A DNA stretch of 64,000 nucleotides. Origin: Candidatus Rokuibacteriota bacterium. GTDB taxonomy: Bacteria; Methylomirabilota; Methylomirabilia; Rokubacteriales; CSP1-6. The stretch spans positions 30,971 to 94,970 of the forward strand of contig QHRU01000038.1 of assembly GCA_003220225.1 (NCBI GenBank), in the 5' to 3' direction. The notes beneath the pieces are model-generated. The model was not told the DNA's origin. It saw only the letters and a list, made by a program, of their open reading frames with translations, and ran no database searches. Positions 58,026 through 64,000 of this stretch are shown here, in pieces. Position 1 is the stretch's first letter, and every line of letters starts with the position of its first letter. A program made the position numbers and the translations under genes.

Positions 58026-59353
58026 TCGCGATCGTCGGCCGGCCGAACGTCGGCAAGTCCACGCTGTTCAATCGCCTCGTCGGACGCCGGCAGGCGCTCG
58101 TCCGTGACACGCCGGGCGTGACGCGCGATCGCCTCTACGGCCAGGTCCAGTTCGAGCGCTGGCAGGCGACGGTGATCGACACGGGCGGCTTCGATCCCGG
58201 CTCGACGGAGCCGCTCGTCGAGGGCGTGCGCCGCCAGGTGCTGGCAGCCGTGGAGGACGCCGACCTCATCGCCTTCGTCGTCGACGCGCGCGAGGGCGCG
58301 ACGGCGCTGGACCAGGAGATCGCGCGGCTGCTGCGAAAGACCAACAAGCCCGTGGTCCTCGTCGCCAGCAAGGTGGACGACCGCGGCCAGGAGCCGGCGC
58401 TGGCGGACCTCTATCGGCTCGGCTTCGGCGAGCCGCTCGGCGTCTCGGGCGAGCACGGCCGCGGCGTCGCCGAGATGCTCGAGGTCCTGCGCGAGCGCGC
58501 GCCGTCGCCGACGGCGCCTCCCGGCGGCAAGCGTCCGGTCGCCATCGCGGTGATCGGCCGCCCCAACGTCGGCAAGTCGTCGCTCGTCAACGCGATGCTC
58601 GGCACCGAGCGCGTGCTCGTGCACGAGGCGCCGGGCACGACGCGCGACGCCGTGGACACGCCGTTCGTCTACGAAGGCCGACCCTACGTGCTGGTCGACA
58701 CCGCCGGCATCCGGCGCAAGGGCAAGGTGACGGAGGCGCTCGAAAAGCTCGCCGTGGTGATGGCGCTCAAGAGCCTCGAGCGCTCGCAGGTTGCGCTGCT
58801 CGTCATGGACGCCTCCGAGGGCCTGACCGCGCAGGACGCGCACATCGCGGGCTACGCGCACGAGGCCGGGCGCGCCATCGTCCTCGTCGTCAACAAGTGG
58901 GACCTCGTGCCCCGGGGCATGGTGAGAAAGGCCGAGGTCGTCGAGCAGGTGCGCGACCGGCTGCCGTTCCTCGACTACGCGCCGATGTGCTTCACCTCGG
59001 CGACGCGCGGCGAGGGACTGCGCGAGCTGTTCGAGACGATCGACCGCGTCGCGGCCGAGGCTCAGCGCCGCGTGCCGGCCGAGGAGGTGACCGCCGTTCT
59101 GCGCCAGGCGCTCGACCGTCGCCCGCTGTCGGTGGCCGGCCTGCCCCTGACCATCCAGTCGGCGAACCAGGTGAGCGTCGGCCCGCCGACCATCGCCGTG
59201 CGCGTGAACCGGCCGGACGAGATCCATTTCTCCTACGAGCGCTATCTCGCCAAGTCGCTGCGCCACGCGTTCGGCTGGGAGGGCTCGCCGCTGCGGCTGT
59301 CGTTCCGCCGCGCCGGGCGCGCCCGCCCGAGCGCGCCGAAGGCACGGCGATGA
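58010..59353 (+). CDS. der: Ribosome biogenesis GTPase Der (EngA)
   Basis: Two GRPNVGKS P-loops, PGVTRD / PGTTRD, DTGG / DTAG, NKWD. Confidence 0.96.
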   Translation: MLRPVIAIVGRPNVGKSTLFNRLVGRRQALVRDTPGVTRDRLYGQVQFERWQATVIDTGGFDPGSTEPLVEGVRRQVLAAVEDADLIAFVVDAREGATALDQEIARLLRKTNKPVVLVASKVDDRGQEPALADLYRLGFGEPLGVSGEHGRGVAEMLEVLRERAPSPTAPPGGKRPVAIAVIGRPNVGKSSLVNAMLGTERVLVHEAPGTTRDAVDTPFVYEGRPYVLVDTAGIRRKGKVTEALEKLAVVMALKSLERSQVALLVMDASEGLTAQDAHIAGYAHEAGRAIVLVVNKWDLVPRGMVRKAEVVEQVRDRLPFLDYAPMCFTSATRGEGLRELFETIDRVAAEAQRRVPAEEVTAVLRQALDRRPLSVAGLPLTIQSANQVSVGPPTIAVRVNRPDEIHFSYERYLAKSLRHAFGWEGSPLRLSFRRAGRARPSAPKARR

Positions 59354-59371
59354 GACATCCTGTGTCAAGCC

Positions 59372-59536
59372 CGAGGCGCGCCACGGCTGCGCCGGGGCGC
59401 GTCCGAGCGCTGGGGGGTGTGGGGGGCCATGTCGGGGCCCCCCACGCTCACGAGCGAGTGATCGAGGCGCGTCACGGGTTTCCCGGGATGCGCCGAGCGT
59501 TGGGGGGTGTGGGGGGCCATGTCGGGGCCCCCCACG
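59372..59536 (-). repeat. Family A palindromic repeat, 2 copies in reverse orientation (90-bp period)
   Basis: TGGGGGGTGTGGGGGGCCATGTCGGGGCCCCCCACG at 59411 and 59501 is the reverse complement of the 5761-6035 unit core. Confidence 0.93.
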
Positions 59537-59543
59537 TAAGCAG

Positions 59544-60401
59544 ATGAGCCCCTTCCGCCGCACCGGCTCGGGACTCTGGCTCGCGATCCTCGGCGTCCTG
59601 CTGTTCGCGGCCGGCGCCGGCATCCTGCTGGCCAGCCCGCGGCATCGTGCGCTCTACTACGGTGAGCCGCCCGCCGTGGTGGCGCCGGCCGCCGGTCCGT
59701 CGCAGGTGGTGGCGGCCGTCGGCAGCGGCAAGGTGCCGTATCCCGACGCGTTGGGGCGCTTGCGCGTGCGTATCGCGGATCGCGAGCCCACGCGGCTGCC
59801 GGCCGAGGGCGCGCCGCCCGGCTGGACGCTCAAGGAGTTCGCCGGCCACGCATCGATCGAGCTCGTGCGCGCCGACGGCCGCCTGGCCGCGCGCCTGCGC
59901 AGCGAGCGCGCCTCGTTCGCGATGCACCGCGACGTCGTCGTCGAGCTGCGCGAGTTCCCGTACCTGTCGTGGACGTGGAAGGTGACGAGGCTCCCCGCGG
60001 GCGGCGACGTGCGCGACGCCGCGCGCGACGATCAGGCCGCGCAGGTCTACGTGATCTTCCCGCGCTGGCCCTCGCCGCGGACGAAGAGCGACGTGGTGGG
60101 CTACATCTGGGACTCGCGCGCGCCCGTCGGCACCCGGCTCAAGAGCCCCCGCGCCGACAACGTCCGCATCGTGGTCGTCGAGTCGGGGGGGGCGCGGCTC
60201 AACGAGTGGCGCGCCTACGAGCGCAACGTGGCCGCCGACTACGCGGCGCTCTTCGGCCGCCAGCCGCCCCGGGTCGGCAAGCTGGCCGTCATGGTCGACT
60301 CCAACGACACCCGGGGGGAGGCGGAGGCCCTGTTCGGCGATCTGGTCTTCGCCCGGACGCGCCAGAGAAGCGTGGAAATCCCAACCCCCGTGCTAAGATA
60401 A
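59544..60401 (+). CDS. DUF3047-like exported protein
   Basis: N-terminal TM, LSWTWKV, DDQAAQVYVIF, YIW, ERNVAADY..LFG, DSNDT. Confidence 0.8.
   Translation: MSPFRRTGSGLWLAILGVLLFAAGAGILLASPRHRALYYGEPPAVVAPAAGPSQVVAAVGSGKVPYPDALGRLRVRIADREPTRLPAEGAPPGWTLKEFAGHASIELVRADGRLAARLRSERASFAMHRDVVVELREFPYLSWTWKVTRLPAGGDVRDAARDDQAAQVYVIFPRWPSPRTKSDVVGYIWDSRAPVGTRLKSPRADNVRIVVVESGGARLNEWRAYERNVAADYAALFGRQPPRVGKLAVMVDSNDTRGEAEALFGDLVFARTRQRSVEIPTPVLR
60391..60399 (+). promoter_or_regulatory. Putative extended -10 (TGcTAAGAT) 7 nt before SPOR gene ATG; leaderless candidate
   Basis: TGnTANNNT-N7-ATG. Confidence 0.5.
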
Positions 60402-60406
60402 CGCGC

Positions 60407-61564
60407 ATGACGCCGCCAGACGACGATCGTCCGGAGCGCGACCTGTACGACGAGACGCCGCGATCGATCTTCGCGGCGACGTGGTTTCGCGCGCTGCTCG
60501 TCCTGATCGTCCTCGCCGTGGTCGGAGCCGTTGCGGTGCCCTACATCCTCGACGCGATGAACCCGCCGGTGAAGAGCGTGGCGTCGCGTCCGACGCCGCC
60601 GCCCACGCCAGCGCCGCCCGCCGCGACCCCGACGCCGTCGCCGCCGCCGGGCGCGATGTCCGCACCGGCTGACAAGGCGCCGGACAAGACGCTGCTGCCC
60701 GACCGAGCGCTCGCCGACAAGCCAACGACGACCATGCCGACGGCGCGCAGCCCGTTCGGCGTCGACAAGGCGCCGACCGACAAGCCGGCCATGAGCCCGA
60801 AGCCGGGCCCGAGCGACAAGTCACCGGCGAGCACGAAGCCGGCGCCGACGGAAAAATCCGCGACGGCGGAGAAGAAGGACACGCGGATGGCAGCGGCGGC
60901 GCCGGAGACGAGGCCCAAGCCCGAGGCCAAGGCGGCGCCCACGACGACGAAGCGCGCCGCGACCAGCAGCACCAGCACCGCGAAGGCGCCGAGGGGTGTC
61001 GCGACCGGCGAGTGGTGGGTGCAGGTCGGCGCCTTCCGCGACGAGGGCACGGCCAAGAAGGTCGCCGCGAAGCTCCGCGAGCAGAACTACAAGGTCGAGG
61101 AAACGGTCAGCGGCGGCGGCGAGCGGGCGGCGAAGCCGGCCGCGGCGGACAAGCTCGCGCCGGCGGCCTCGGCGGCCAATCCAGCCGGCGCCGACCAGTA
61201 CGACGTCTTCGTCTCCGGCCTTTCGGCGGCCGAGCTGAACGAGCGGCTGGCCGCCAAGGGACTCGCCGCGGAGCCGGCGGGCAGTGGCGCCGTCATCAAG
61301 CCGAGCCTGCCGTTGCGCGACGCGGTGGCGCTTTCGAAGGATCTCGCTGTGGAAGGCCTCAAGGTCCAGGTGCGCCGCGCCGGCGGGGCCGCGCCCGCGC
61401 CGCGCGTGACGCAGGCCCGGCCGCGGCAGCCCGCCGCGAACGGCGGGGAGACGTTCTACCGCGTGCGGGTCGGCGCGTTCCCGGACCGCGCGACGGCGAT
61501 GACCACGCTGAAGGAGCTCGAGACCAAGGGCTACAAGCCGTTCATCGCGCGGGGCGGGCCGTAG
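60407..61564 (+). CDS. SPOR domain membrane protein (DedD/FtsN-like)
   Basis: Short cytoplasmic N-terminus, TM, Pro/Lys linker, WWVQVGAF and YRVRVGAF SPOR motifs. Confidence 0.85.
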   Translation: MTPPDDDRPERDLYDETPRSIFAATWFRALLVLIVLAVVGAVAVPYILDAMNPPVKSVASRPTPPPTPAPPAATPTPSPPPGAMSAPADKAPDKTLLPDRALADKPTTTMPTARSPFGVDKAPTDKPAMSPKPGPSDKSPASTKPAPTEKSATAEKKDTRMAAAAPETRPKPEAKAAPTTTKRAATSSTSTAKAPRGVATGEWWVQVGAFRDEGTAKKVAAKLREQNYKVEETVSGGGERAAKPAAADKLAPAASAANPAGADQYDVFVSGLSAAELNERLAAKGLAAEPAGSGAVIKPSLPLRDAVALSKDLAVEGLKVQVRRAGGAAPAPRVTQARPRQPAANGGETFYRVRVGAFPDRATAMTTLKELETKGYKPFIARGGP

Positions 61565-61593
61565 CCGTCTCGACGAGGAGGTGAGTCTCCACC

Positions 61594-61881
61594 GTGACCA
61601 AGAACGACCTGGTCAACGCCGTTGCCGCGCACGGGCTGAGTAAGCGCCAGTCCGCGTCCGTGGTCGAATCGGTGTTCGACATCATCTTCCGCTGCTTCGA
61701 GAAGGGCGAGGACGTCAAGATCGTCGGCTTTGGACACTTCCGCATCCGGCGCAAGGCGTCGCGGCGGGGCCGCAATCCCCAGACCGGCGACTCCATCGAG
61801 ATCACCGCGCGCAAAGTCCTCACCTTCAAGCCCAGCAAGGGCCTCAAGCAGCGCATCAACACCACCACGCCGAACGCCTAG
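61594..61881 (+). CDS. ihfA: Integration host factor alpha / HU family
   Basis: TKNDLV, VKIVGFGHF, GRNPQTG, ITARKVLTFKPS; ihfA-MerR-tRNA-Pro synteny. Confidence 0.9.
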   Translation: MTKNDLVNAVAAHGLSKRQSASVVESVFDIIFRCFEKGEDVKIVGFGHFRIRRKASRRGRNPQTGDSIEITARKVLTFKPSKGLKQRINTTTPNA

Positions 61882-61886
61882 CGGCC

Positions 61887-62243
61887 GTGCCCGAGATCGC
61901 GGAGAAGCTCTACTACCGCATCGGGGAGGTCGAGGAGATCGCGGGCGTGCCCGCGTACGTCCTCCGCTACTGGGAGTCGGAGTTCAAGCTGCTCCGTCCC
62001 AAGAAGAATCCCGCTGGCCAGCGCCTCTATCGCCGGCGCGACGTGGACCTGGTGCAGCGGATCAAGGCCCTCCTCTACGACGAGCGGCTCACGCTGGAGG
62101 GCGCGCGCAAGCGCCTGGTGGCGGAATCGCGCAAGACGCAGCCGCTGCAGCTCGAGCTCGGCATGCGCGAGGCGGCGTACGCGGAGGCGCTCAAGCGGGT
62201 GCGCAACCGGCTCGCCGCGCTGCGCTCGCGGCTGACGCCTTGA
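61887..62243 (+). CDS. MerR-family HTH transcriptional regulator
   Basis: KLYYRIGEV, VLRYWESEF, GQRLY, LLY..TLEGA. Confidence 0.92.
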   Translation: MPEIAEKLYYRIGEVEEIAGVPAYVLRYWESEFKLLRPKKNPAGQRLYRRRDVDLVQRIKALLYDERLTLEGARKRLVAESRKTQPLQLELGMREAAYAEALKRVRNRLAALRSRLTP

Positions 62244-62280
62244 AGGGATCGGCCGTTTCTGGGAAGATTCGAGCCTGCGT

Positions 62281-62357
62281 CGGGGCGTAGCGCAGCCCGG
62301 TAGCGCACCGGACTGGGGGTCCGGTGGTCGCAGGTTCAAATCCTGTCGCCCCGACCA
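62281..62357 (+). tRNA. tRNA-Pro (GGG)
   Basis: CGGGGCG acceptor, anticodon GGG at 62315-62317 in stem CCGGA/TCCGG, GGTTCAAATCC T-arm, encoded CCA. Confidence 0.97.
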
Positions 62358-62371
62358 TTTTTCATGTAGTG

Positions 62372-62415
62372 AGAAACCGCGCCGGACGGCCACGGTGCCC
62401 ACGGCGCGGTTTTCT
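62372..62415 (+). terminator. Hairpin / putative intrinsic terminator after tRNA-Pro
   Basis: AAACCGCGCCG (62374-84) pairs with CGGCGCGGTTT (62402-12), ending in TTTTCT. Confidence 0.55.
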
Positions 62416-62620
62416 GTGCCCGTCCCCGGGCCCGGGCTTCAGGCATTCATCGCCACGTCGGCGGCTTTGCTGATGCCCTGACCGAGGACCGAGGCGGGGA
62501 CGATTAGCGCCCCGCCCCGTCGCACAGTGGACCCCACTCCGCCCAACTCCCGCCAATCAAGCCGCGCGAGACAAACACGCGTGGTATTTATAGACGGCGT
62601 GTCTACGCGACGCGGCGTGT

Positions 62621-62646
62621 CGGTCTGGGGGTCCGGTGGTCGGAGG
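62621..62646 (+). repeat. Partial duplicate of tRNA-Pro (anticodon arm to T-stem)
   Basis: 24/26 identity to 62309-62334, including an 18-nt exact core. Confidence 0.75.
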
Positions 62647-62675
62647 GTGTCCGTTCCGTTTCCAGCGGAGGCCGA

Positions 62676-63488
62676 GTGCCCGTTCTGCTCGTGACCAACG
62701 ACGACGGCGTCCACGCCGCGGGCCTCGCCGCGCTAGCCGGCGCCCTCGAGGACCTGGGCGAGGTGCACGTGCTGGCGCCCGAGCGCGAGCAGAGCGCCTG
62801 CGGCCACGCCCTGACGCTGCACAGGCCGCTCAGCGTTCACCGCTGGGGCGAGCGACGCACTTCCGTGAACGGCACGCCCTCGGACTGCGTCAACCTCGGC
62901 GTCCTCGGCTTCCTGCCCGAGCGCCCCGTGCTCGTCGTGTCCGGCATCAACCACGGCTCCAACCTCGGCGACGACGTGACGTACTCGGGGACCGTGTCGG
63001 CGGCCATGGAGGGCACGCTGCTCGGCGTGCCGTCGATCGCAATCTCGCTCGTGGAGGGCGACGAGCTCGAGGCGGCGGCCCGCGTGGCGCGGCAGGTGGC
63101 GATGCGCGTGCTCGTGAGCGGGCTGCCGCCGATGACGCTGCTCAACGTCAACGTGCCGGCGGGCACGCCCAAGGGCGTGCGCCTCACGCGGCTCGGCCAC
63201 CGCGTCTACTCGGGCAAGATCGTGGAGCAGGCCGATCCCCGCGGCCGCGCGCATTACTGGATCGGCGCGGGGCCGCCCGCGTGGGAGGCGCTCGACGGCA
63301 CCGACATGGGCGCCGTGCACGACGGCTACGCCTCGGTGACGCCGCTGGACCTCGACCTCACGCACCACCGCGCGCTCGCGCAGATGACGGACTGGGAGCC
63401 CGCCCTCAACGCCGCGCTGCGGGCGCGCCCGCGCGAGCCCGCAAAGCCGGCGTCGCGCGCGAAGCCGGGGAAGCGCCGGAGGCGGTGA
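62676..63488 (+). CDS. surE: 5'/3'-nucleotidase SurE
   Basis: LVTNDDG, APEREQS, GTPSDCV, SGINHGSNLG, YSGTVSAA, NVNVP. Confidence 0.96.
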   Translation: MPVLLVTNDDGVHAAGLAALAGALEDLGEVHVLAPEREQSACGHALTLHRPLSVHRWGERRTSVNGTPSDCVNLGVLGFLPERPVLVVSGINHGSNLGDDVTYSGTVSAAMEGTLLGVPSIAISLVEGDELEAAARVARQVAMRVLVSGLPPMTLLNVNVPAGTPKGVRLTRLGHRVYSGKIVEQADPRGRAHYWIGAGPPAWEALDGTDMGAVHDGYASVTPLDLDLTHHRALAQMTDWEPALNAALRARPREPAKPASRAKPGKRRRR

Positions 63489-64000
63489 GTGGAGGCGGGC
63501 TTCGAGGCGCGCCTGGCGCGCGAGCGCGAGCGCATGGTGGACGAGCAGCTCAAGCGCCGCGGGATCACCGACGCTCGCGTGCTCGACGCCATGCGGCGCA
63601 TCCCGCGGCACCGGTTCGTCGAGGAGGGACTCGCCCACAACGCCTACGAGGACCATCCGCTGCCGATCGGCGAGGGACAGACGATCTCGCAGCCGTACAT
63701 CGTGGCGCTCATGACGTCGCTGCTCGGGCTGACGGGGCAGGAAAAGGTGCTGGAGGTCGGCACGGGCTCCGGCTACCAGACGGCCGTGCTCGGGGCGCTC
63801 GCGCGCCGCGTGTGCTCGATCGAGCGGCTGCCGCGGCTGGCCGAGCGCGCGCGCGCCACGCTCGAGGCGCTGGGCGTGGCCAACGTCTGGATCCGTGTCG
63901 GCAACGGGGCGCTCGGCTGGCCGGACGAGGCGCCCTTCGATCGCATCCTGGTCGCCGCGGGCGGGCCGTCGGTGCCGCCGCCGCTGGTGGAGCAGCTCGT
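63489..64000 (+). CDS. pcm: Protein-L-isoaspartate O-methyltransferase (3' truncated by window)
   Basis: IPRHRF, AYED.PLPIG.GQTISQPY, VLEVGTGSGYQ, APFDRI; surE-pcm synteny. Confidence 0.95.
   Translation, partial: MEAGFEARLARERERMVDEQLKRRGITDARVLDAMRRIPRHRFVEEGLAHNAYEDHPLPIGEGQTISQPYIVALMTSLLGLTGQEKVLEVGTGSGYQTAVLGALARRVCSIERLPRLAERARATLEALGVANVWIRVGNGALGWPDEAPFDRILVAAGGPSVPPPLVEQL

Noticed and set aside
60580-61000. DNA repeat element in the SPOR gene (DKP/DKA repeats)
   Set aside because: Low-complexity protein linker, not a nucleotide repeat family.
62358-62560. c-di-GMP-I riboswitch or 6S RNA on the minus strand
   Set aside because: Only a GCAAAGCC fragment resembles the aptamer; the GNRA/receptor architecture and the 6S central bubble are not recognisable by eye.
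62593-62664. Second functional tRNA-Pro
   Set aside because: No TTC T-loop, poor D-arm and mismatched stems; kept only as a fragment finding.

Overview
Very GC-rich, gene-dense bacterial core-genome segment from a diderm, LPS-producing organism. Gene order and composition tentatively suggest a Rokubacteria/Methylomirabilota-like lineage; this is inference only. About 65 credible protein genes and one tRNA-Pro(GGG) all lie on the + strand, mostly joined by overlapping stop/start codons. Order: smc(3')-rodZ-ftsY-ribD-ribE-ribBA-ribH-nusB-metallophosphoesterase-lnt-prfB(frameshifted)-lysS-lolC/E-lolD-clpC-bamA-skp-lpxD-lpxA-gnnA-like-lpxI-lpxB-DUF374-waaA-lpxK-waaF-4xGT4-gmhB-hldA-hldC-waaC-GT2-trpS-scpAB-rluB-pheA-hisC-tyrA-aroA-cmk/plsC fusion-rpsA-sppA-ihfB-HIT-mutS-mutL-miaA-hflX-pgsA-DUF512-der-DUF3047-SPOR-ihfA-MerR-tRNA-Pro-surE-pcm(5'). 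No transposase, phage, CRISPR or defence genes were seen. The most unusual signal is at gene junctions. Several families of short palindromic or tandem repeats sit there, and most are spanned by a stop-free mini-ORF that starts on the upstream gene's NTGA stop and ends on the downstream gene's NTGA start (offsets of 3n+2). This looks like a translational-coupling relay. Other observations: several probable leaderless promoters, a partial tRNA-Pro duplication, and a lipid A cluster suggesting a diaminoglucose backbone.
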